This document shows positions 46,663 to 59,384 of a stretch of DNA of 64,000 nt, piece after piece. This stretch comes from Macrostomum lignano (Eukaryota): assembly GCA_002269645.1 (NCBI GenBank), contig NIVC01002999.1:62001-126000 (forward strand). Reading direction: 5' to 3'. A program made the translations under genes and the position numbers. Numbering within the stretch: the first letter of the stretch is position 1; every line of letters starts with the position of its first letter. The notes beneath the pieces were generated by a model. That model made no database searches. It had not been told where the DNA came from and saw nothing but the letters and a program-made list of their open reading frames with translations.

Positions 46663-48398
46663 CTAAGATTGGTCGCCGCGCACTTTGTCTCTGGCCGTAG
46701 TTGAAGTCGATCCGCCGCCGGCAACGGCTCTGTCCGCATCGGCACCAATCGAAGCGTTCATCGCTTCCAATTCGTCATAGAGAAAGCTTCTCAACCGGAG
46801 CAGGTACTGCGGAAACAGTTCAATATCGTTGTGGCCGGCGCCTTCAACCCACAGCGGGTCAACTGAGCGGGGCAGGCGCTCATAGATGGCCAGCCCGTGC
46901 GCGATGTTGATCACTTCGTCTTCTGTGCCGTGGATCACCAGGCAGGGAGAGTGGATTCTTGGCGCCTTCTCGATGCTGACGGCAACAAAATAGGGCGGGT
47001 TCGTTGAGGGTGGGATGGTCGATCTGTGCTTGAGGGCTTTTAAGCAGAAACAAGTTTATTTTCTGGAATTTAGCCATAGTGCTGAAGACAGACCCTGAAG
47101 CCACAGCCTCTGAAGCCACAGCCCCTGAAGCCATTTCCTCTGAAGCCACAGCCCCTGAAGCCACAGCCCCCTCAAGCAATTTCCCCTGAAGCCACAGTCC
47201 CCTGAAGCCACAGTCCCCTGAAGCCACAGTCCCCTGAAGCCACAGTCCCCTGAAGCCACAGTCCCCTGAAGCCACAGTCCCCTAAAGCCACAGTCAGGGC
47301 CACAGTCCCCTGAAGCCACAGCCACCTGAAGCCACGGTCCTCTGAAGCCACAGTCCCCTGAAGCCACAGCCCCCTGAAGCCATTTCCCCTGAAGCCACAG
47401 TCCCCTAAAGCCACAGTCAGGGCCACAGTCCCCTGAAGCCACAGTCCCCTGAAGCCACAGTCCCCTGAAGCCACAGTCAGGGCCACAGTCCCCTGAAGCC
47501 ACAGTCCCCTGAACCACATTTCCTGAAGCCACATCCCCTAAAGCCACGCCCCTTGAGGCCACATTTCCTGAAGCCACATCTCCTGAAGCCACAGCCCCTG
47601 AAAAACGGCCAAAGCAGCTCACTTGGGAAAGGCATCGAAGAACCATGTCCGGCTGGTGTCCGGAAAAGCCACCCTCAGTCCGGACAGCAGCGGGCTGTGC
47701 AGCACAACTCCTGCAGGGTTGACCCGGGTGGCCAAATCCACAGTTGGCACTGTGCCAATGGACTGGCCATAGAGTACAATCTCTCCTGGGGACAGATTGT
47801 ACCTGCCAATCAACTGTTGCCAGGCGCAGTCAATATCGGCGTACAGATTCTTCTCGAGCGGCTGGCCAGTGCTGGCCCCGTAGCCTGAGTAGTCGTAGCT
47901 GAACACATTCATATTGAGTTTACGGCCGAGATCAATGAGAAAGCCGCTCATTTGGCCCAGATCCACCGCGTTACCATGGGAAAAGAGCAGAGTGTACTTT
48001 GATCCTTTTCTAGAACGTACGGTACGAATCAGTACGCAAGCGATTGTGCTGCCTCTAGCCGTGTTGGCGGTGAAAGCTTCCAGACAGTCGGCCTCGTCCT
48101 CTGTGAGCTGCATCGCTGGCGGGGCGGCGGCCGGATCTTCCATGTCTGGCGGATTAATCTGGAATCTGGGACTGTGCATGTCGCCAACTAGCGAGTAGGT
48201 CGGCCTGGGCGGCAGGAAGGCCAACTTGGCGGCGATGCGCGACGGTAACGGCGGCCAGCAGAACAGGCGGCAGAGGTCGCGGCAGGTCATGGAGGCGCCG
48301 CCGCCGCCGCGCGCCCCGGCGCCTTCATCCTCGTGAGGCGCGTACTGACCGGCGGCCGCTGACGGCGCCGCTCCGTGGTGACGTTGGCGACTGGACAT
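46663..48398 (-). CDS. ABHD17: ABHD17-family alpha/beta-hydrolase (protein depalmitoylase), paralog A, 362 aa
   Basis: join(48398-47623, 46975-46663), phase 2 GT-AG. N-terminal Cys cluster [39 protein letters not shown], catalytic GQSIG, HGTEDE and GAGHNDIE. Confidence 0.95.
47090..47600. repeat. 16-bp minisatellite (GAAGCCACAGTCCCCT)n in the ABHD17-A intron
   Basis: About 30 units. Confidence 0.93.
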
Positions 48399-48419
48399 GG
48401 AAGGCTAGCGGAGTCGAGA

Positions 48420-48880
48420 TAGGTTAAGGTTGGGTCAAGGTAGGTCAAGGTGGGTCAAGGTAGGTCAAGGTGGGTCAAGGTAGGTCAAAGTAGGTCAAGG
48501 TAGGTCAAGGTGGGTCAAGGTAGATCAAGGTGTGTCAAGGTGGGTCAAGGTGGGTCAAGATAGATCAAGATGGATCAAGGTGGGTCAAGTGGGTCAAGGT
48601 AGATCAATGTGGGTTAAGATAGGTCAAGATGGGTCAAGGTAGATCAATGTGGGTCAAGATAGGTCAAGGTGGATCAAGGTGGGTCAAGTGGGTCAAGGTA
48701 GATCAATGTGGGTCAAGATAGGTCAAGATGGGTCAAGGTAGATCAATGTGGGTCAAGATAGGTCAAGGTGGGTCAAGGTAGGTGAAAATGGGTCAGAATA
48801 GGTCAATATGACTAAAATAGGTCAAGATACGTAAATATGGGTCAAGTTGTGTCAGTGTGAGTCAGAATGGGTCAAAGGCA
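48420..48880. repeat. 10-bp minisatellite (GGTCAAGGTR)n, probably in a 5'UTR intron of ABHD17-A
   Basis: About 40 units; on the minus strand followed by acceptor-like CTCCGCTAG just 6 nt before the ATG. Confidence 0.88.
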
Positions 48881-49936
48881 CAGCCGGTGGATTAGTTTAA
48901 AATCGAATAGAAGACCTCCACGTCCTCAGTTGATGGTGCAGTTGCGCCCGACCTCAACCTAGCCGCTGGGTGTGCGCATGCAAAAACCGAGATGAAATCG
49001 ATTTAATTGCAAAATCTACCTACCATAAATTTTGTACTTTGAAAAGTTAAAATTGACACAGAATTAAAGAAATGATTTACAACTTGTCCAATAAGTAAAT
49101 TTAACTGTATCCAAATGATTATTTAAAAGAATATCTATTGAAATATTCAGAAAAAATAGTTTTAAAGTCTAACAGACTGGCGCTCGCTTGACTAATAGTT
49201 ACGAGAGTATTGTGTGTGTAACAAGTTAATTGACAACAGATTTTTAAATACAAAACAACAACACTGCTTATTCCCTGCTACGAGTCTATAAATGTCATAT
49301 AATGGGTAAAACCAAAAGAAAAATATGAAATGTAGTTCGCATTCCAAGGAATCAATAAGATTGAATGCAGAAACCAGAGAGACATGATGTGTGTGTACAG
49401 AGCATATTTACAAGGGAATGCCTATTCAATATTAATTCGAGATTTTTTCCAAAATTTGTTTAAAAGAAAGCTCTAAAACAGTAAAAAAACAACTTTTAAC
49501 GAATACTCTCAGTACTTTTAGAATAAACATATTTTAATAAAAAACTCTGGACTTTATAACCATCTACAAATTATAATTTTAATATTTAATAATCATAGAA
49601 ATTTTTCTTCACAGTAAAATAGTACCAATATAGAAGACGTGTGCGAACTTAAAATTAAAAGTACATAACAACTTTTAACTTAAGTACGCGTATACTTATC
49701 AAGTACATGTGTACTACTTTAAAACAAAAAGTACACGTCACAGTTCGTTACAAAAGTACACAAGCACAGAAATAATATTGGACACAGATTCAAGTGCAAA
49801 TAGTACAATTATATACAGGAACCAATTCGCCTTGAAAATCTGTACATAATTAGTTAATTAAAATAAATATTACAATACTTGAACAAGACAAATGCTTCAA
49901 ACAAGTGAATTGGTAACAGGCAATTCAGTACTTAAA

Positions 49937-52344
49937 TTAAATTAAGCCTCTATGCTCGCAATCCACAGCTACATCACCGTTTCCAATGTCTCCTCGACTG
50001 CCGTTGTCTCCAGTCTGCTTCTGGGCATCCCGCTGCTGTTGCTCCTGCTGCTTCTGCAAATGGTCCAATTCTCTATGTAGAAATAAGCGCAGCCGCTCCA
50101 GGTACTGCGGGAACAGTTCGATATCGTTGTGCCCGGCGCCTTCGATCCACAGCGGCTCAACAGCCGGCTGCGGCAGCCGCTCGTGAAGGGCGAGGCCGTG
50201 AGCAAAATCAATCACCTCGTCCTCGGTGCCGTGAATGATGAGGCAGGGCGAACGGATTCTGGGCGCCTTCTCGATACTGCGGGCCGATTGTGAAAGTTTT
50301 AGTTAGTACACGTGCACTTTAAGTTCAAGTACTTTTAGTTCATATGTACTTCTAAATAAAAGTACACGCGCAATTTTTAAGCCAGAATTTGCACATTGAT
50401 CTACACGGTGCAAAGTTTTATTGATTATAGCATGTCACTGCCAAGGACAGCGAATTACTGTCTAAATCTAGGACACTATAACTACAAACTTCGCCCGTAA
50501 CTATGATGAACAAAGAAAGACCATACGCTCGTATATAAGATAGCGAAAGCGGCTTCAGTGAGGCGTCTTTGATCTTGCCTTCTAAGCCCAGTTATTAAGC
50601 GGAAAGAGCTGTCTAGCTAGATTATAGGCATAGAGAAGACGGCTAACAAGTATGATGAATTTAAAATGACATGCAGACTTGCAAAGTGCACTACATACGA
50701 CTGTTTAAAAAAACTTATATCGGATAGCAGTCTGATCCGTGATAATCCACTATACTAAAAATGCTTTGTCACATTACACAAGCAAGATAAGCCTGAACAA
50801 GGGGTGAGAGAGAACATTAAAAATGCGTTTTAACACTGCAATTTAAGGACACGTACAGACCCTGAAGCCACATCATCTAAAGCCACAGCCCCCGAAACCA
50901 CATCCCCTGAAGCCACAGCAACTGAAACCACCCACGGCCCTGAGCCACAGCTCCTGAAGCTACAGCAACTGAAAGCCGCAGCACCTGAATCCACATCCCC
51001 TGAAGCCACATCCCTGAAGCCACATCCCCTGAAGCCACACACGGCCCTGAGGCACATCCCCTGAAGCCACAGCCCCTGCAGCCACAGCCGCTGAAGCCAC
51101 AGCCCCCGAAACCACATCCCTTCAAGCCACAGCCCCTGAACCACATCACTTGAAGCCACATCCCCTGAAGCCGCAGCCCTTGAAAGTCGCAGCACCTGAA
51201 GCCACACCCCTGAAGCCACACCCCTGAAGCCACAGCAGCTGAAGCCACAGCAGCTGAAGCCACAGCCCCCGAAACCACATCCCTTCAAGCCACATCCCCT
51301 ATCCCCTGAAGCCACAGCCTTTGAAAGCCGCAGCACCTGAAGCCACACCCCTGAAGCCACAGCCCCCGCAACCACATTCCTTCAAGCCACATCCCCTGAA
51401 GCCACAGCCCCCGAAACCACATCCCTTCAAGCCACATCCCCTAAAGCCACATTCCCTGAACCACATCCCTTGAAGCCACATCCCCTGAAGCCACAGCCCT
51501 TGAAAGCCGCAGCACCTGAAGCCACACCCCTGAAGCCACAGCAGCTGAAGTCACATCCCCTGAAGCCATAGTCCCCTGAAGCCACAGTCCCCTGAAGCCA
51601 CAGCAGCTGAAGCCATATCCCTTCAAGCCACAGCCCCTGAACAACGGCCAGAGCAGCTCACTTGGGAAAGGCATCGAAGAACCATGTCCGGCTGGTGTCC
51701 GGAAAAGCCACCCTCAGTCCGGACAGCAGCGGGCTGTGCAGCACAATTCCTGCAGGGTTGACCCGGGTGGCCAAATCCATAGTTGGCACTGTGCCAATGG
51801 ACTGGCCATAGAGTACAATCTCTCTTGGGGACAGATTGTACCTGCCAATCAACTGTTGCCAGGCGCAGTCAATATCGGCATACAGATTCTTCTCGAGCGG
51901 CCGGCCAGTGCTGGCCCCGTAGCCTGAGTAGTCGTAGCTGAACACGTTCATATTGATCCGTCTAGCCAGGCCAATTAAAAAGCTACTAATCTGACCCAAA
52001 TCCACGGCGTTACCGTGAGAGAAGAGCAGGGTGTACTTTGACCTGGCGTGCGCCCCGGCGCTAACCATCATACAAGCTATTGTGCTGCCATTCGCTGTGG
52101 TGGCCAGAAATGCGTCTAGAAATCGGGATTTATCCTCGTTGGAGAATTGGAACTCGGCTCGGTCGCTCAGGTGCAATTGAAAGGCAGGCGAGGCGACCCC
52201 GTGACGATCTGCTGCCGAGGCAGTTGCGCCAGCGCTGGCCACAAGAGAATAAGTTGGCTCGGGCGGCAGGAAGGCCAATTTAGCGGCAATGCGGGATGGC
52301 AAAGGCGGCCAGCAGAACAGGCAGCAGAGATCCGCGCAAGACAT
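49937..52344 (-). CDS. ABHD17: ABHD17-family depalmitoylase, paralog B, 340 aa
   Basis: join(52344-51662, 50276-49937), same intron position and phase as paralog [26 protein letters not shown] and GAGHNDIE are intact. Confidence 0.95.
50860..51640. repeat. 16-bp-based minisatellite (GAAGCCACA[T/G]CCCCT)n in the ABHD17-B intron, same family as in paralog A
   Basis: Tandem units with higher-order variants. Confidence 0.92.
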
Positions 52345-52479
52345 GCTTTGTAGTTAATTCCTCGGCTCTATATCGTATATATAATATTATCTTTTATCCA
52401 CCTCTTGCTGCACAACTGAACTGGAATAAAACAGTAAAAATCAGGCCAATTTAAGGTCATGTTTTCTATATGTAGATGG

Positions 52480-52656
52480 ACTGGTGGCGTCGCCACACAC
52501 ACAGCCTCAATTACCCCAGCTAATGCTGGCACCCATTTTACAGCTGGGTGAACTGAGCAAGTGTCTTGCTCAAGGACACAAACTGTACCAGTGGGATTGG
52601 GAATTGAAACTCCAACCTTTAACTGTTGACTCTAATGCCCTAGCCACTAGGCTAGG
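52480..52656 (-). mobile_element. tRNA-head SINE with CORE/V-like central domain
   Basis: Minus strand: TAGCCTAGTGG (A box), GTTTCAATTCC (degenerate B box), then TGTGTCCTTGAGCAAGACACTTGCTCAGTTCACCCAGCTGTAAAATGGG. Confidence 0.65.
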
Positions 52657-53003
52657 CAACAATCCTCTCATTGATACTTACTATCAATATTACAAGCTGA
52701 TAATAGTAATCAAATATTATTTGTCTGTCTAAAATTAATTTGAAACTTTTAACTAATAAATTAGAAATAATTAGGATTTACGAGTACTAAAGCTATTTAT
52801 GCAAAGAATTTAGCATACAGTAAGTAATAATTACTATAAAAATCACATTAAAGGCTTAAGCTTTCTTATTAAACACAGAATTTACCAAAAAACTTTAGGT
52901 TTTCAATTTTTCTAGGTAGTGGATAATTAGATATAATTAGATAAAACTAAGTCCCATATTTGAGTTGCATCATTGGTCACAACTAGGGTTTAAGTGTGTT
53001 ACT

Positions 53004-53175
53004 CATGCTTGGGCGCAACCTTGGGATTCACTCGGCTGTTTCTATTGGCAACACACACATGTAAGTCGCTATTGGACGGAATAGTAGTCACATGACTGCT
53101 CTCAGCCAATAGTGACTAACATGTGTGTGTTGCCAATAGAAATGGCCAGGTGATTCCCAAAGTTGCGTATGTATG
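53004..53175. mobile_element. 172-bp foldback MITE, copy 1, 8-bp TSD GTGTTACT
   Basis: Ends CATGC...GTATG, ~70-bp inverted arms, TSD at 52996-53003 and 53176-53183. Confidence 0.85.
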
Positions 53176-53783
53176 GTGTTACTCACTAATTTGAATGGCA
53201 GCCAATTGACATGCAAACCAGACTCTGGAAGGTTACATATATGCCAGAAAACTCCTGTATACAAATGACCCCTTTCAAAGTTAGCATACAAATTTCAGGA
53301 TACAAATCCCTATTGGAATAAATTCTGAAAATTTGTGGATAGATATCAAGGGTCCAAAGGGTGCCAAGGAGTCAGTCTCCAATGTAATGGGCCATGTCAA
53401 TGGGTCACTTTAAAAGTCACTCATACAAGTGGTCACAAATAGCATAGTGCCAACTTTTAACTCCTGCCTGGCAGAAAATGTGCCACACTGCAAGGTCATT
53501 TTGAAAATATGCCAGACAGTTGTCTGCTTTTTAGCAACTTTTTCCAATAGAAATACAAATTCATGCCATGCATTAAGATTTTAATTTAAATTAACATTTT
53601 ATAGAAAAAAGAAAAATATGTAAACACTATACCTATAAAGTCAATGATGAAATTTTTGCTTTTTTTACAATGAACATTAAAAAAATAGACCCTAGTGAAA
53701 ATTACTGCTAAAAACTTTAATTATACATTATTATTTTTAGAGGTATAATTTAATATTTGTTGAAAATAAGAACATTTCTTGTA

Positions 53784-54920
53784 GGTGAGCACAGTTGGCA
53801 TGTATCACTCCTAAGAAAATAGTGTGCATACATATCTGGTATGCACCTTATAGAATCACATCATGCTTGGGCGCAACCTTGGGATTCACCCGGCCGTTTC
53901 TATTGGCAACACACGCATGTAAGTCGCTATTGGCTGAGAGCAGTCACGTGACTACTGTTCTGTCCAATAGCAACTTACATGCGTGTGTTGCCAATAGAAA
54001 CGGCCGAGTGAATCCCAAAGTTGCGCATGTATGAATCACATGGAAGAGTTAGTGTTAAGTGAAAAAAAGATAGAAAGAGTTTTAAACATAAATTTCAAGC
54101 TTTCTAGTTTTTTTAAGCTTGTAATAAGGCATTTAAATAAATATTTGCATGTATCAACTTTTTGCCATAAATAGTATCAGCAAAAAAGCTAAAATTCAAC
54201 CAAATTATCAGCTAAAAGGGTCCCTTACACAATGCTATAAAGTTTCTTTATTGTTTGAAAATAAAAATGGTCCTTTATTATTGCAACATTGGCATAGATT
54301 TGAGAGTGAGTATGCATTTAAAATGTTTTTGTGAGCATTTGTAAGTATTTAATTTTTGTTTGGACATGCACTTAGCATAATCTAGAATATAGCATTCATT
54401 TAGCTAAGATAGGATTATTGTTTTAGCATATAGTAGACCCTGGCATGCAAACTCTTATATCAGATATTTGTTACATTACTAATATAATTACTTACTTTGT
54501 ATAATATGATATACAATAATTTAAATAAAGATTGATATAAAGAATAAAATAGATCACAAGAAATAAATAATACTTTTGACTATAACTAACTTTTAAATGT
54601 ATACCCAAATAAAATTTTAAGAGTTTACAAATACACAGCAAAAAAATTCAGTATATGCCCACACTTTTAAAATCTTCTTGTTTACTATTATCCTTCTTGT
54701 CTACTATTATATTTACAGTAGAAAATCAATATGCATAAACTTTTGTTGTAATACATTATTAATGAGCTTAAAAGCCAAAAAATTTGAAATTTATGCTAAA
54801 ATATAAACATTTTCAATCTTTTTCCCCTTAACACTAACTCTTCCACATAATTCTATGAAGTGCACACCAGGTGTACACATATACTATTTTTAAGAGTCAT
54901 GTATACCAATTGTACACACC
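53784..54920. mobile_element. Non-autonomous DNA transposon with long degenerate TIRs and TA flanks (Tc1/mariner-like)
   Basis: 53784-54070 (minus the nested MITE) pairs with 54815-54920, including a perfect TGGAAGAGTTAGTGTTAAG; TA lies on both sides. Confidence 0.6.
53862..54033. mobile_element. 172-bp foldback MITE, copy 2, 8-bp TSD AATCACAT, nested in the left TIR of the previous element
   Basis: Same ends as copy 1; TSD at 53854-53861 and 54034-54041. Confidence 0.85.
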
Positions 54921-55874
54921 TAAATTTAAGTGCACAAGGCCACTGCACATCCAAATTTTTGGGCATTTACTACATGATCCAGAGTATGGATTTGTACTAA
55001 CAGTAATGCACTATAATATATATATATATATATCATTTGCATACAAAAAATGCTTTCTTTAACTCAAGAACTCTTTAGGATTACAAAAAGATTGTATCTC
55101 AAAGAACAAAAGTTTTTTTTGCAAGGTAGCAAGTATTGGATTCTAATAGGCCTTGGCTTACCTTTTAGTCTATATTCTCCTTGGCTTTGTTGTCATATTC
55201 ACTTTTATCATACATGCCCAACCTCAAAATTTCACCTGTCTGGTGTGACTTAGTTTTGTCCAGATTTGTGACTTAGTTCCTCCTGATTGCAACTTAGCTC
55301 TTCCTAATTGCAACTTAGTTTCTCCCAATTGCAACTTGGCTCCTCCCAATTGTGAATTAGTTCCCCTGATTATGACTTAATTTTCACTTTGTATGATTTT
55401 TCTTGCCTTTTTTTCTTTTTCTTTTTCTTTCCTTTTTTCTTGTCTTTCTTTTCTTTTTTCTTCCTTTCCTTTCTTTCTTCTTTCAATTTTTTGATTTTTT
55501 GCATTTTCAATTTTGTGACTTACCTTGTCTGGTGGCCATTTCACCCGTCTAGTTTGGATAGGTTGGACAAGTGTTGGGCATGTATGTTTTATCATATAGG
55601 GGCCCTAAGAACAAGATAACAAAGTGACAAGGAGCAAAGTAGTCTTGCAAACCAGACTTTGGAAGGCTACATGCATGCTGGAAAATTCTAGGCCTAGCAT
55701 TCAAAACACCCCTTTCAAAGTTGGCTTAGGCCCTACAAATTTTGGCATACAATTTCATGCAAATATTTTTGGCATACAAATTATGGCATACAAATTAATG
55801 GCATTTTTGCATACCAATTTTGGTGAATAAATTCATGCTAAGCATAAATATTATAGTGTAAAAAATGTTTTTAT

Positions 55875-56340
55875 AAGGCAGTTGTTATTTGTCCCGTGAC
55901 CAGATAAATAGCCATTTTACTATTTGTCTAGTCAAATTGCTAACTATTAATATTGCTATTTGTTTTGTGATGAATATTCTAGATTTTTAAGACCTTTTCA
56001 TGTATACTGATTAATATTTTGTTGTATACTAGTGTATATATAAGAAAGCAATGTACTCAATTCGACATAATTTGGTGTATAAGACATACACTAGTATAAA
56101 AACAATAATCAAGATACAAGTAAGAAGTCTTTGAAGTCTAGGAATATTCACCCTTGTAGTTTCTATAAAATAGATATTTTAGCATTATCAATTTAACTAG
56201 ACAAAAATTAAAAAGCCTATTTGTCTGGTATTAACCAGATGAAAGGGAAAGCATGGCCATTATCCAGTAACTGCTACTGGACAAATAACCACATTGCTAT
56301 TTGTATTGTCTGTCACTAGACAAATAAAAACTGCCTTTAT
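55875..56340. mobile_element. MITE with TIR AAGGCAGTT[G/T]TTATTTGTC
   Basis: Inverted termini and internal GACAAATA repeats. Confidence 0.55.
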
Positions 56341-56477
56341 ATAAAAAAAGAAAAATTTGTATAGTCTAAAAAGTAAGAAACTTTTTGCTTTTTAAAAATT
56401 AACATTAAATAATATTAGTGTCAATTGTTGCTTAGAATGTAAATTTTTCATCATTTTTTCTATAGCCATAGGTGTAA

Positions 56478-57078
56478 TCACGAGTATAAATTTGGCCGTC
56501 AACTTTTACATCAACTTTTCCATTAACTTTTCCATTAACTATTCCGTCAAGTCATTGTTCATTCCAATAATTTTTTTTGTTAACTCTTCCGTCAACATTT
56601 CCGTTTACTATTCTGTTAACTTTTTCGCCAAATATCTCATGCTTTAAATTTGTTGAGAGTATACACATGTATGTACATGTATAAATTCTAAAAAAAAAAC
56701 ACACGCAAAAATTTCCAGTGCGACATGTTCCAGAATTTAATTGGTATTGCTGCACTACCTGCACTACAACATCTGCACTTGTTCATCGATTTATCTTTGT
56801 GAAATGAAGCGCTGGTACTAGAGAAAATGGAAAAAATAATTATGCATGTTGTTACTAATGCAGGCTTGTTTTTTCATTGACATATTTAAGCATGCAAACA
56901 CAATAAATGATCAAAGAGCTACTCGCATGATGATCCTATTTGAGAAAGTCACATATGTTTTTTTTAGAACAATAAATTGTTGACAGAAAATTTGACAGAA
57001 TACTTGACAGAAAAGTTAACGGAAAATTTGGCGGAAAAGTTAACAGAAAAGTTGACGGCCAAAGTTATACTTGTGTAT
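56478..57078. mobile_element. MITE with TIR CACRAGTATAAMTTTGGCCGTCAACTTTT and subterminal AACTTTTCC repeats
   Basis: 56478-56550 is the inverted counterpart of 57003-57078. Confidence 0.6.
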
Positions 57079-59384
57079 AATCTAAGTTTGTTTAATATGA
57101 AAATACTAGTAATATTTTATTTTTAAAGACTTTTTATACAAAAGCCTTTTTAGGAAACTCTACTTGTGAAAAACAAATGACCTTTTTAGGAAGAATTTTT
57201 GGCATAGCCATACATTTTAGGGAATTTTTTTTGGCGTATACTAGTATATATTTAACTAAGATAGGATTCTTGTTTTAGTCTACACTAACACTACTACACA
57301 ATCTAGACCCTGGCTTGCAAATACTTTACTAATGACTGGATAGCCTAACTATAATACTTTGTTTGGTAACATAGCATATAGATATAGTATAGAAATTTGA
57401 TAAAAATTCACACAAACAAAAACAGAAACCTAGAGTCTAGACACTTTCTACTTTTTTGGTTCCAGCTTCTAGTGAGAGAAGTAATTAATAGATAGGCCTA
57501 GAAGAAGCCATCATGTGAGTATTAACTGAATGAAAGTTTATCTTCTGCATCTGCACACGTGCACCAAAGGCCTGGGTTCTCATTGGTTCACAATAAATGC
57601 ATTATGTCAATTGTCAGTGCAAAACAAATGTTGCAAGGAATTCTAATGAGCATACTATATTTTTTGATATACCATATAGAGTATAGACTGACAGTATACA
57701 TATTGAACTTCGTGAAAAAGAATATAATGGTAATAAAATTTAATCGAAAACTGCAAAATTATATGAAGGAACTAACTAGGCCTGGACCTGATAAATGCCG
57801 TAATTACAACTAGGCCTACAAGACTCAAAAGGCTATTATAAATGAAAAACTGAACGCCTTACTTAGATATTATTATCAGGTACTTCTCTGTTTTATAAGC
57901 AGTAATACAAGTTAGGAAAGGTTTTTTCAGGACAGTCGCCAACTAAAAAATCAGTCAAGCAGCTCTGAATCTGATATTTGCAGAACCAACCTGGCCTCGA
58001 CGGCGTTGGTCACTTTTTCTTTCCGTTTCCTATAATTTCTTAGAACATGTTATTTTTAATCTTTTGCTTTAACATTTTAACACAAAAGTCATTTAAAAAA
58101 CACACTATATTACGAAATTTAACCACAACATCAATCGATGAATATAAAATTTTAAGAGGAGTGGATAGGCTAATATCGAAAAATAGGACGCTGTAAAACG
58201 GGGTACCATCAGTGTCTGGGCGCTTGAACGAAGTAACTTCTAATTACTGCTGAATAATCTAGCTAAGAAAGCTTGTCCTTGGCTACATGTAAGTTTCTAA
58301 CTGATTTGTACACACGTTTTACAGGACAGGTGCCATAAAATGCACAACCCATATTCAATAGCTTTAGTTAACTTACTAAGTTACTATGGAAAATCTTGAT
58401 AGCCATTCAATTGTTAGACTGTTGCTTTATAGATACATGTACTTAGTTACACAGTAAACTTAAATGACTTAGAATCCGTACTTGGTAGGATTTTGAAAAA
58501 AAGGTTTGAGCCTAGTTGAAATAATACAAACTGAAACAAAGCAACATTATTTAACGTATTATAATATAATTTTTTAGCACCAACTGGTTAAATTTTATTC
58601 GTAAAACGAGCATTCATGTACAAATACAGCAGTGATATAAGCAAAGGGTGACTACCACCAGTAATATTGTTACCTATTATTATTATTATTAAAAACTAAT
58701 TTTAAAACTTTTGTTATTAAAAACTAGATACTAAGAAGACGGAAGAATAATTAGCCAACAACAGCGCCCTATACCTGATCTGAAGAAGTCAGAATGGATG
58801 GCTTAACACAGATAAGGGTATAGTATTCTTATAATGAGCTGGATATGGTGTCTTATAATTACAGTAATAACAGCCGCAAACATACTACTTTATGTTTTAG
58901 TACTCTGAAAATTGTTTTACACTGAGTGCATATAGAGCAACATAACAGATACGCTCGTAATTAATGAATAGAATATTTTATTAACAAATACACACATAAA
59001 CGCGAGAACAATGAACTTACAGTAATTATAATATTAAAACCAAACTAATAAAAATAGAAAGATTTTATTAAAATAAACACATACATTGCGACAACCTTCT
59101 TCCAAAAGTGGACTTTATAAAGGCCACTCGGCATACTGTGTGTGTGAACTACCTTTAGTAGTAGTTTAATCGTATTAGTCTTCTATTAGTCTAAGCATAT
59201 TTTAAAACGTATTTCACAAAAATAGTTCAGCACACACTGAGCATACTACTCAATTAATATAGTAGTTGACTCTACGAGTTACTATAAGCTGTATAGCAAC
59301 TTCTGCGTATTATAAACCAGTCACTTTGACTTAAGCAGCGCTAGCCTGTGTTAAAAAGAGTAGAATCAACAGTTCCAACCAGAA

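Noticed and set aside
46880-47646. ORFs such as [17 protein letters not shown] (also 50830-51674)
   Set aside because: They are translations of the 16-bp intronic satellite of the ABHD17 genes.
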